From: Octopus sinensis
Lineage: Eukaryota
Length of the DNA stretch: 64,000 bases
NCBI RefSeq assembly: GCF_006345805.1
Contig: NC_043010.1
Span: 6,138,001 to 6,202,000, forward strand
Reading direction: 5' to 3'
In this document: in pieces, positions 1 through 11,328 of the stretch
How positions within the stretch are numbered: the first letter of the stretch is position 1
Layout of the letters: every line of letters begins with the position of its first letter
Notes under the pieces: generated by a model
What the model was told of the DNA's origin: nothing
Database searches by the model: none
The model's input: only the letters and a program-made list of their open reading frames with translations
Translations under genes and position numbers: made by a program

Positions 1-395
1 AAAATGGGAGAATTATCATTGACATCTTCTATTATAACTTTGACTTCTAATATCTTTATAACAGAATGGCCATGCTGAACAGCTATTTCTAACATTCTGA
101 AACATTCCACATTATATTGACACAGAGTTTCTGCATCCAATATAGCAGCAGTGTATATTTGTCCTCCAGGTGTAACATTAAACAACTGAACACCTCCATC
201 AGTACTATCCTGGATTACATTAAATATTAGTCTGCTGCTATCACCCCGAGATGGTACAGTATTCAGCAGTTGTGTATCAGTGGCAATATCTCCAATATAG
301 CTGTGTCTATCATTGTTCTCTTTCACATGGTAGACATGATCCACACACCAGCAACTTCCAGAAAGAAACAACACCAACAATACAACTGGACTCAT
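1..395 (-). CDS. Pcdh: Protocadherin, 5' part (signal peptide + EC1); runs off the left edge of the window
   Basis: Manual translation from ATG at 395: MSPVVLLVLFLSGSCWCVDHVYHVKENNDRHSYIGDIATD...LDAETLCQYNVECFRMLEIAVQHGHSVIKILEVKVIIEDVNDNSPI. Stop-free, hydrophobic leader, cadherin DVNDN motif, collinear with EC1 of the 26556 gene. Splice acceptor (ctctatttcag) at 403-404, 7 nt before the ATG. Missing from the ORF track because no stop lies inside the window. Confidence 0.95.
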   Translation of the reverse strand, partial: MSPVVLLVLFLSGSCWCVDHVYHVKENNDRHSYIGDIATDTQLLNTVPSRGDSSRLIFNVIQDSTDGGVQLFNVTPGGQIYTAAILDAETLCQYNVECFRMLEIAVQHGHSVIKILEVKVIIEDVNDNSPI

Positions 396-767
396 TTTCT
401 ATCTGAAATAGAGTTTTATATCAATATTCATAATTCAAAATTTAATAAATGCAAAGAAAATATGAAAATTTTGCTACATGTGTAGATATTTATGAAGCCT
501 AAAATCTGTGCCAAACAAATTGGAGCCTGGTGCAGCCACCTGGTCCACCACTTCTTTGTCAAACCGTCTAACCCATGCCAATATGGACGTGGATGTTAAA
601 TGACGATGATATATATATATATATATATACCTGCACACACATACAGATTTTATTCTGAACAGTAATTCCTGTACATCACTATTAAACCCAAGGTTTAATT
701 GGAATAATACTATGCCATACTTTCTTGATAAAAATGTGTAACTGTAGTACATATCATCAAGAAATTA

Positions 768-883
768 TTAACCTTTAGCACACTGTAAGTGCATCATGTC
801 TTCATATGAGTTTTCTCCCCTGTAGTAACAGGGCAATGTTAGGAGAAACAATTCTAGAGAAAATGCAGTGTGCTAAAGATTAA
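768..883. mobile_element. Small piggyBac-like MITE
   Basis: TTAA at both ends (768-771, 880-883) with inverted termini ttaacctttagcacactg / cagtgtgctaaagattaa. Confidence 0.55.
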
Positions 884-1323
884 TGTGATGCAGTTGGTAG
901 ACAATGGGCAGATATCTTTCAGGTTGGTATTGTAGGTCTATTTAAGTTTTTTTTTTTGCTGGTTACGATTATTGCCCTCTAGCGAGAGGTATTTCTTAGG
1001 TTACCATATTTGATCCTAGTACTTAAACAGGTGCATATTTTAGCAACTTCATATGATAAAATTGTTGACTGAAACATGAAAGGAAATAACTGAAATTAAA
1101 CAGAAGTCATCAACATACATATGATATAAGGATGGATGGATGGATTCATCTGAGTTCCACAAGGCTCTCGGCAACATCAGCCTATGATACAAGACTGTTG
1201 CATTCAACATATTGAACCAAGAAGCACAATCATCTGAAAAAATTTATTGATCACACAACATGCTTGAGGGCAATATGTCAAAAGGTTAGTTTCTCATTGC
1301 TAAAGTATACTATCAAATAATAA

Positions 1324-1718
1324 TCTATATATATAAAAGTGAGGTTGTGTACTGTCTGTCTCCTATGATTTAGATTCCTAACTACTCCCACATTTTGCGG
1401 TGCAGTTTAACCAAAACCGGGTATCTTATAGTCGTGATTCATATTGAGGCCTTCTGGGTACTAGCGCGTGTCTACGATGAGTCTATGATGTAAAAAAAAT
1501 TTACCTTAAATTTTTCACATTTTTAATGCATTTTTGGCATATATATGGGAAGTAACTCTCTAAAAATTTATTATTAAATCTCAGAACGTAAAAAGCTACA
1601 GTAACACCCCACCTTTGTGGTTAGCCATATTGAGATGGCTATTATACTTTACATTTCTAAAAATGCTTATATAGTTATTTCCCTTACAAACCCGAGCAAC
1701 GCCGGGCGATACTGCAAG
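1324..1718 (+). mobile_element. Non-autonomous Helitron-like element (copy 1 of 3)
   Basis: Starts TC after an A and ends with the subterminal hairpin cccgagcaacgccggg plus CTGCAAG before a T. Near-identical copies at 4888-5283 and 59987-60378 end in CTAG|T. No TSD, which matches the Helitron signature. Confidence 0.75.
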
Positions 1719-2003
1719 TAAATAATAATCGTATACAGTGCTCAGGTGCACTGCAACTCATAACAAAAAGTAACCAAAAGGGCATGAACAGTACATAAAA
1801 TAGGCACAGGAAAAGAACAGTGAATAAGTCTCCCCAACCCAAAAAGGACAAAAATCGGGAGAAGAAATGGAGATGAGGTGGGGCGTCAGATGTAATGTTG
1901 GTGAATTTCAGGGAGCATGGAGGATTTCCACCTCCCAGGACGCCAATCATTTCACTTTCTCTATCTCTTACACAATAACTCATTTTTAAATTGAAAAATA
2001 TCT

Positions 2004-2221
2004 ATTTCTTTACTAAACACAAGAGGCTAAACACAGAAGGGACAAACAAGGATAGACAAACGGATTAAGACGATTATATCGACCTCACTACGCAATTGGT
2101 ACTTATTTAATCGACCCTGAAAGGATGAAAGGCAAAGTTGACTGCGGCGGAATTAGAACTCAATGTAACAGCAGATGAAATACTGCTAAGCATTTCGCCC
2201 GGTGTGCTAACGTTTCTGCCA
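2004..2221 (-). mobile_element. tRNA-derived SINE family C
   Basis: Head ggcagaaacgttagcac...gagttcaaattccgccg read on the minus strand. Other copies at 6787-7018, about 7170-7310, 34179-34407, 54522-54752, about 60630-60740 and 63445-63851. Confidence 0.75.
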
Positions 2222-3079
2222 TCATTGTTAGACATCGACAGGTGACAATATCTCATGTTTAAAACGACAATTTGATATATACCAACCCTTGTATCAACTT
2301 CCCAATGTTACATATCTAAACTTCTCCCTGATATTACATTTCTAAACGTGGATCTAGCAGAGATATTAAGATTTTCTTATATTGATTTGTAACACTAGAC
2401 CAGCACTGACCAAATAGAAGTTTTTTTTAAAGTATCACATGCCAGAATAAAAGACAGATGTTAAATGATGATGATGATGGCGATTTCTTCCATACTCTAG
2501 GATGCTGTATTTCTTAACTGAAGGGTGTGAGTTGTGGGAGATCTGGCTGCTATTTCTAGCAAGTCCAACAACTGCGTAGAACTTCGACGAATCTTTAGGA
2601 GTAATCTCCCTTTCTTTCAAAATTACATCACGATTCAATTTCTTAAATGTAGAATCTATCTGATGAAAACAGAATACTCCTTATTTTGCAATATAAAATA
2701 AAAACTTCATAAACCCTTGTACTAATATAAAATAGTACTGGTACAGTCAGTATATATCTATCAACAGTAACGGATATCATGGCTGTAGATGATTAGTCTG
2801 AGAATATTGTAAAAAAAGAGAAAATAATATATTTTTAAAGAATGTAAATGTTAAAATAATGTTGAATTGTATTTGTATTTTGTTGATATTTCTGCCTTAA
2901 GTATTTTTTGAAAATATCTTATCAATAATTAACTGAAGGATTTAAAAAAAAATAATAACATTCTTGTACAGGAAGTAATAATGTTTCCTATTGGTGTAGT
3001 TTTAAGATGGTGAGAGAGAAATGAACAAATGTCTAAAGAATCAAATTGTACATCAAAATAACTTTGAATAAATACTTAC

Positions 3080-3240
3080 CAACAGTTGTTTATTGTTTAT
3101 ATTGTTGTTAATGTACTGTTTTAGTGTTCTGATATCACAAAGTTGTAATAGAAGCAGAAGTTCTGAGCAGTTTGGTATGTGACAGTGTTATGTAGTTCTA
3201 TGGAGTTGGTTGTGTAGTATGTAATGTGTGTTGTAGCCAA
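3080..3240 (-). other. Candidate non-coding 5' leader exon of the left-edge protocadherin
   Basis: Consensus donor TTG|GTAAGT (GT at 3079-3078) in unique, non-repeat sequence. The coding exon has an acceptor just before its ATG, so an upstream exon is expected. CCAAT (3237-3241 on +), AP-1-like TGAGTCA (minus strand, about 3313-3319) and the CGGAAATACAGCC motif lie just upstream. The 5' boundary is a guess. Confidence 0.5.
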
Positions 3241-3273
3241 TGACAAGCTGTCTTTTATTCCAATGCAAGGAAA

Positions 3274-3286
3274 CGGAAATACAGCC
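3274..3286. promoter_or_regulatory. Candidate protocadherin promoter motif CGGAAATACAGCC (copy 1)
   Basis: Exact 13-mer also at 40905-40917, in the same orientation relative to a candidate leader-exon donor. Confidence 0.35.
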
Positions 3287-4124
3287 TCCAACTTTTGCAG
3301 TTAATGATGGGCTGACTCACAAAATATTTCACTTAGACACACTCATGTATTGATACATACAAACACATGTGTGTGATGAGAAGATTTAAAATTGAGTGGA
3401 CAAAATGTATAGAATATTTGAATCAATGACAGACATAAATATCACTTTTAAAAATGTATCATAATTTAATTTCAAAGTAGAAAAAGGATTTTATGACTTT
3501 TGCAAAAGTTGTAAAACTTTTTGGTGAAAATTCCTTTAGCTTTCTCTACTGCATTTCCAAACTTCTCCATTTGAAATGTCTACCATAAAAGTTATTAAAA
3601 AGATTATTTTAAGATACTAATTATTTAATAAAATGGAAGAGCTCATTTAATAATGCGAAACTGTGGCTCTAAATAATGATATTGTATAATATGATATATG
3701 TTGTAAAGTTATTCTTAATAGAAAACCAATAGATTTAAAATATAATTAAATCTTTTTAATTTTTGAATGTGAAATTTTACACAAATAAGCGTAAAAATTG
3801 TAGCTGTTGAACTGAAAACAAGACTGAATGCTTTTCTAATGCATTCATATAATTGTATTTGTCTTTGTCAACTAATAAAAGTTATTTATTGTTCAATTAT
3901 CAATTAACCAATAATACAATATTGTAAGAGAATTAGGTGTTTTAAAGAGTATTTCATTGAAAATTCCTATAAGTTACTCCTGATATTTTAATCAGTTTGT
4001 TATCTTTTCATTATTTCTTGATGTACTTATTTCAATTAAAGACTAAATGAGGAGAAAATATCAACTTTGAAGAAGAATTTACTTTAAATTAGTAACATTA
4101 AGAAATGCTATGAAAATGTTACAT

Positions 4125-4655
4125 ATTAATTGTCTGGAAACCGTTCAGCAACGTACAGCCAAGAGAATACCCTCCATCAGGCATTTACCATATTCTGAAT
4201 GCCTTACTTCCCTGGGCATGGATACATTGAAACTCCAACGTCTGGCAGCTGACTTGGCAGACACCCATAAAATTATTAACCATCTTACCAACAATAACTC
4301 TGAGCACCTTTTCAAACTCCACCTGTCTAACCCCCTTGGACATATTTACAAAGTCAGAAAACAGCACAGCTCCCATAAATTTCAGAAACATTTTTTCATG
4401 CTAAGAGTTGCTGAAGCATGGAACAAACTGCCAGCATCAGTTGTTAGTTTTCGGAGCACAGCATCCTTCAAAACTTTCATGCTTCCCGAGATTTGCCAAC
4501 ACTACACCTGATTATACACACGCAAGCATGTATCTGACTCATACACTGTTCACTTTCCAGACATTTGTACATTACTGCATATGCTTTATATGCACTTTTG
4601 ACAAGTTGTGGTGCACCTGAACACTGTATACAATAATTTCATTATTATTATTTCA
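4125..4655 (+). mobile_element. 3' end of a CR1/L2-group LINE (degenerate ORF2 C-terminus)
   Basis: ORF 4110-4511 contains LETVQQRTAKRIP...GHIYKVRK...FFMLRVAEAWNKLPASVV...SFK, matching the CR1/L2 ORF2 tail pattern, followed by a 3'UTR and an (ATT)n tail. Inverted copies of this 3'UTR occur at about 1730-1770 and 17295-17400. Confidence 0.8.
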
Positions 4656-4887
4656 TTATTACATAATCCATGAATTATAAGATTCGTGTGGTATTATTCG
4701 CGTTGTCATGTCTTTCATAACTCGTACTGTATGGAGCTGCCACTTCTCAAAGGAACACTTTGCCATTGGATTTTAAACTTCGTTTAAAGTCTCAAAATAC
4801 AAGCAATACTAAGAAGATACAATTGGAATAATCTGCTGTAGCTGCTTAGCGAAAAACAGATTAGGTGACACTAATATCAGTTGAATA

Positions 4888-5283
4888 TCTTTATATATAA
4901 AAGAGAGGTTGTGTGTCTGTTTCCTACGATTTAGATTCCTAACTACTCCCACATTTTTCGGTAGGGTTTAACCAAAACCGGGTATCTTATAGTCGTGATT
5001 CATATCGAGCCCTTCTGGGTATTAGCGCGCGTCTACAATGAGTCTGCGATTTAAAAAAAAATTTACCATCATTTTTTCCATTTTAATGCATTTTTCGCTA
5101 TTATATAAGGGAAGTAACTCTCTAAAAATGTCTACGATGAGTCAACGATTTTTAAAAAAGTTTACCATCATTTTTTTTCCATTTTTAATGCATTTTTTTG
5201 CTATTTTTTGGCTATAACTCTCTAAAAATGCTTATATAGTTATTTCCCTTACAAACCCGAGCAACGCCGGGCGATACTGCTAG
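4888..5283 (+). mobile_element. Non-autonomous Helitron-like element (copy 2)
   Basis: TC start, 3' hairpin and CTAG|T end; homologous to 1324-1718. Confidence 0.8.
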
Positions 5284-5554
5284 TTTACTAATAAATGATT
5301 TATACCTTGTAATTAACCTTGCATACAGTGCCCATGTGTAACTTTAATGCATCCACATGTGTAAGTATTAATTTGTTGGATGAGATATTACAAATATTCT
5401 TGTAGATTCTCTTTATTAAAAGTATTTTTCGTCTCCAATAAACACAAGTTCCTTTCTTTCGTTTATCTTGAAATCCATAGAATCTAAGGGAGGTAACTAA
5501 TGATCAAACAATTTCTTTTGCTTCGTAAGCAGCACAACACATCTGAAACGAAAT

Positions 5555-5969
5555 ACTCTTTTACTCTTTTACTTGTTTCAGTCATTTGACTGCGGCCATG
5601 CTGGAGCACCGCCTTTAGTCGAGCAAATCGACCCCGGGACTTATTCTTTTTGTAAGCCCAGTACTTATTCTATCGGTCTCTTTTGCCGAACCGCTAAGTG
5701 ACGGGGACGTAAACACACCAGCATCGGTTGTCAAGCAATGCTAGGGGGACAAACACAGCCACACAAACACATAAACACACATATATATATATACATATAT
5801 ATATGACAGGCTTCTTTCAGTTTCCATCTACCAAATCCACTCACAAGGCATTGGTCGGCCCGGGGCTATAGCAGAAGACACTTGCCCAAGATGCCACGCA
5901 GTAGGACTGAACCAGGAACCATGTGGTTGGTTAGCAAGCTACTTACCATACAGCCACTCCTGCGCCTAT
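5555..5969 (-). mobile_element. tRNA-derived SINE family A (about 400 bp, internal TA/CA microsatellite, (GAGTAAAA)n tail)
   Basis: A-box-like ggctgtgtggt and B-box-like ggttcagtcc in the head ataggcgcaggagtggctg...; at least 10 near-full-length copies in the window. Confidence 0.85.
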
Positions 5970-6786
5970 GAATATTCATCTTTCCATAGATGGAGGGTGG
6001 AGTTTCAGGGAAAACTGGCGGCTATTCACTGATCACATAAAATGCTTTCACGAGTATAATTTCTGTTTGGTCATTAGAACTGACGTGGGAGCAGATGTTC
6101 TGTAACAACAACTACAATATTTTCATTAATATCTTAATGTTCTATATTTATTCTTTTAATTGTTTCAGTCATTTGAAGGTTTTATTTTGTTGATAATGGT
6201 GGTGGTGGTGGTGGTGAGGTTATGATGATGATGATGATGATGATATTGATGTAACTGGTTAGTGTATTTAGCTCACGATTGTAAGGTCATGAGTTTGGTT
6301 CCCAGTGGCACAGTGGCACAGTGGCACAGTGGCACATTGTGTCCTTCAGCAAAACACGTTGTTTAATGTTGTTCCAGTCATTCATACCTAGCAAAACTGA
6401 GTAGAACTTGTATTTCAAAAGGTCGGCCTTGTCACATTCTGAATCTCTTTGAGAACCATATTAAGTGTGTGTGTGTGTCAGCGGAGTACTCAGCCACTTG
6501 CATGTTAATTTCATGATCAGGCTGTTCCATGGATTGGATCAATTGGAACCCTCATAATTTATAACAACAAAATGTCAGTATATATTTTATACTGCAGCTG
6601 TTTAAAATTTTAAACACAGCTTATGGACAGGCCCTGTACACCTTAGAGGTCCAAGGTCTCTTGTTGGGAATCATAAATGTATAGGCTCCCATGTTGGGTT
6701 GTTGTTGAATACCTCTTATAAGTTCTGTTTTGAGCAGATCATTGATAAGGAAAAAGTTGTGTGAAGGCCTACAAGTAATATATTTA

Positions 6787-7018
6787 TTTCTTTATTGCCC
6801 ACAGGGAGCTAAACATAGAGGGGACAAACGAGGACAGAGAAAGGGATTAAGTCAATTACATCGACCCCAGTGCATAAACTGGTACTTATTTAAGCGACCC
6901 CGAAAGGTTGAAATGCAAAGCCGACCTCGGCGGAATTTGAACTTAGAATGTAACGGCAGATGAAACACTGCTAAGCATTTCGCCCGGCATGCAAACATTT
7001 CTGCCAGCTCACCACCTT
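6787..7018 (-). mobile_element. SINE family C
   Basis: Homologous to 2004-2221. Confidence 0.75.
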
Positions 7019-7859
7019 ACCTACAAGTAATATATTTACTAGTTCTGATGAAAGACAATTCCGTATAATATAGTTTTGGGCTGAATATCTCTTTTTCATT
7101 ATCATATTGGTTTCAAATTTTGGCACAAGGTCAGCAGTTTTGAGGGAGAGGCCAAGTTGCATATATTGAGCCCCAGTATTCAACTGGTGCTTATTTTATC
7201 GACCTCAAAACGATGAAAGGCAAAGATGACCTCAGCGGAATTTGAAGTCAGAACGTAAAGATAGACAAAATGCTGCTAAGCCCAATATACCAACAATTCT
7301 GCCAGCTTACTGCTCTGTATTTCATTATCATATAAGCCATAGCCATTCCATCTTCTGTGTGAGATATGCAATCCTTAGACAAAACATCTACGAACAAGTT
7401 ATCTTAAAATTAAGTGTGCAGGTGAAAATGTGTGCCATATTATTTTGAGCTGTTTGAGCTGTTTATTGAACGAGATTCCACAGCTATTTTCAATTTTTTG
7501 CTGCTTCATCTGTTGTTGCTGCGACTGCTGCTGTCACTGTTGGTACCTCTACCATCATCGTTCTTGCTCAGTCCTCGCCTCAGGCAGATTTATCTTCAAA
7601 GCATTCCAGCTGTAACCATCCTGTCTTCTTTTCTCAAAACAAAGTGTATCTAGGATTATATTTTCTGATGTGTCTCTCCTTTTTGTTAGGGTTAAGTGAG
7701 ACATGAGGGATATTTAGCTGTTATTTATAGCTGAACAACTGACCACCATAAAGACTCACTTGTTTTTTTTTTATGCTACTATTTAATCCTAGGATAACTA
7801 TTATCAAATACATTTCAGTTATGACCATTCTATCTTCTTTTTATGTTCAGGAAATCTAA

Positions 7860-8165
7860 GACTACTTTGGCAGGAATAAGCAACTTCTTCACATAATGGC
7901 CAAATTTTGACTTTTTTCACTTTTGCCAATGGTCCACATGTATTATATTATATCATGCCAAGACTCTCCAGTTGTGCTGTACTGCATGCATACTATCAGT
8001 CAGGCTATGGTTTCCAGTCCATTCTTTGAAGTTGTCAGTTTACAAATGCTTTTGACAGCCTCTTGATTTCTTTTCCACCACACTTCCGGTCAGAATGGTC
8101 TTGGGCAGTGACATCATACATTGTCTAAGTTTTTACCCCATAAAGGACAATTGGCATATATATAT
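7860..8165 (-). mobile_element. Degraded RTE-clade LINE 3' remnant
   Basis: Minus-strand fragments read SLPKTILTGSVVEKKSRG and DNFKEWTG, resembling the RTE ORF C-terminal pattern (KTILQGTVEGKRRRG...W.DNIKEWTG). Boundaries approximate. Confidence 0.5.
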
Positions 8166-8848
8166 ATATATAATCATATATATGTATATAAGGACAACTG
8201 GCATATCATATTTTGCATATTAAGAATATTCTCATGTATCCATCCCTGGCAATGCAAATGTGACCATAAAGATAACAAATTGGGGACAAAAGACTATTCA
8301 AATCACCAAGATCAACAGGCACGAAAAAAGGTTTTTCTTTGTCCTGTCAAAAAGTGATTGATCATCTCCCTTTGACCTACGACCTCAGCCATGTCAGCCG
8401 AAGTTCAAATGGACAGCAACTGACCTAGTTAGGTACAAAATCTACTGGAGCATGTCTATCTTTCTAGCTGTTTTGGTTCTTATAAATACCAGGATTTTAG
8501 CAGAGACCAAACACAGATTTCCCATGATGCAACAGAGAGAGTCTCAACATGCAAGAGGAGAAAAGTTATTGGAAGCAACAACCAAAAGACTGCTAGTCTA
8601 TGTTCCGAGATGAATGAACGCACACACAGACACATAACAAAACATATTCAGTTCTAACACATCACTTCTACAAATGTGACCTTTTTTATTTATTTAACAA
8701 CTTGTAGCAATTGGAAACATTTATATGTAGTGGTGAAGTATGTATACTAACAACACAATTTAAATCCAGTTAGTCCTAAAGCATATAATGTTCCTAAAGG
8801 TTAGCAATGGTCTTCCTTGGTCACGAGTGGACAGCTATCATATATATA

Positions 8849-9075
8849 TATATGAAAGAAAAAGGTGTTCAGAATGTTGGGTGGTTGTATATAAAGAAAT
8901 ATATATATTTACATATCACATATTATTTCTTCAAATCACATCAGAAAACTACAGTAGTAGTTGAAAGCGCTTAAATATGTGATTTGAAGAAATAATATGT
9001 GATATGTAAATAAATACATATATACATTTTTTATATACAACCATCCAGCATTCTGAACACCTTTTTCTTTCATAT
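8849..9075. repeat. Fold-back inverted repeat (arms about 93-99 bp) with a truncated hammerhead-like core in the spacer
   Basis: 8849-8941 is the reverse complement of 8977-9075, apart from an AT indel. The spacer holds the stem aactac/gtagtt followed by GAAAGCGCTT. Confidence 0.8.
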
Positions 9076-9343
9076 GTATTAAATCTGTACATCACCCCCA
9101 ATACTTCTAATATATATATATATATAGAAGTGTGTATATTCTGTAAATAATAATAATATTTTATAAACTTAAAGCTTATGAGCGATCACTGTGCATTGAC
9201 TAACGAAAATAGTCTAACACTGGGGCATATTACTTCTTGATGGCACAGCTTCTCAAATCATCAAAGAAAATGCAAATGCTTGTTTGTTTAAAAATCAACA
9301 CTATGAAATTATAGTTCTTAAATCTACCAGGAAGTTGTGAGTG

Positions 9344-9414
9344 GGGATGTTGGTGTAATAGTAGCACACCTATTGTGAATATATAGAGGTGTGGGTTTGA
9401 GTCCCACGCATATG
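9344..9414 (+). pseudogene. tRNA-like pseudogene or isolated SINE head
   Basis: D arm gtgt/gcac, T arm gtggg-tttgagt-cccac, a GTG triplet in a degraded anticodon arm, partial acceptor pairing, and T6 at 9425-9430. The B box carries a C56-to-T change, so it is probably non-functional. Confidence 0.45.
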
Positions 9415-9892
9415 GAAAACTCACTTTTTTCCATCGTGGGCTTCTATGCCCCAATATTAGACTGTCCATACAAGCTTCTAAATTAATATTATCATTTACA
9501 AAGTTGTCACTCATCACAACCTCTCATGTATATATACAATGGTCTTTTACACATATTTTATCTACCACACTTGCTCACAAGGCATTGGTCAGCCTGGAGC
9601 TACAGCAGAAGATACTTGCCCAAGGTGCCACACAAGGGGACTGAGCCCAAAACCTAGTGGTTACAAAGCAAGCTTCTTAACCACACAGCCTATTATTTAT
9701 TTTTTCAGCTATACCCAATCAAAAACTATATCATCCAACATGTCTTTCATTCTTTTAAGATGTTAGGATGCAATCTGAAGGGTAATTGGTTACTATTTTT
9801 AACAGACCAAATAACCACATACTGTTGTCCTTGTTGTCTTGTATTGGTTACTGAAGGCATTTCTGATGTCATTCTAAAACTAATTTACATTT

Positions 9893-10303
9893 ATAGGCGC
9901 AGGAGTGGCTTTGTGGTAAGTAACTTGCTTACCAACAACATGGTTCCGGGTTCTGCGTGGCACCTTGGGCAAGTGTCTTCTACTATAGCCTCGGGCCGAC
10001 CAAAACCTTGTGAGTGGATTTGGTAGATGGAAACTGAAAGAAGCCCGTCGTATATATGTATATATATATATATATGCGTGTGTGTTTGTGTGTCTGTGTT
10101 TGTCCCCCTAGCATTGCTTGACAACCGATGCTGGTGTGTTTATGTCCCCGTTACTTAGCGGTTCGGCAAAAGAGACCGATAGAATAAGTACTGGGCTTAC
10201 AAAAGAATAAGTCCCGGGGTCGAGTTGCTCGATTAAAGGCGGTGCTCCAGCATGGCCGCAGTCAAATGACTGAAACACGTAAAAGAGTAAAAAGAGTAAA
10301 GAG
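9893..10303 (+). mobile_element. SINE family A
   Basis: Full-length copy from the ataggcgcaggag head to the gagtaaagag tail. Confidence 0.85.
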
Positions 10304-10619
10304 TTATCATAATGATGTTTGCATTTCTACTTTTGTAACATTTCCATTAATAATTGGAATTCATTAAAATTGTGAGATCAATTAGTCAATCAGTCAATGA
10401 GAGCAACACATAAAAATAATCAATAACACAAAAAGTTTTTGTTTTGTTGAAATACTTTTAATGAAAAATTTCTGTGTAAATTAATACAAAGTGAATACAT
10501 TGTTTTAAATACATATACAAAAAAAAAAAAGAAAAAAAAGAAACAAACAAAAAGCATGTTTACTTCTTCTGTTATTTAATCTCGTTTTCAGTTTTTTTAA
10601 TGATCTGATACAATTTAAC

Positions 10620-11100
<481 letters not shown>

Positions 11101-11291
11101 ATCTATATATTTCACAAAATGTTTTATAAAGATGGAAAAAAAAAAATTATCAATATGCAACATGTGTGTTTATTTTTGTAACTACTTCAAAAAAATAATA
11201 TTCAGTATGGAATTTAATTTGGATTTCATTATATTTCATTAGTCCAACATATTAGACCATAAAATCACACACACTCACATGTATACATGCA

Positions 11292-11328
<37 letters not shown>

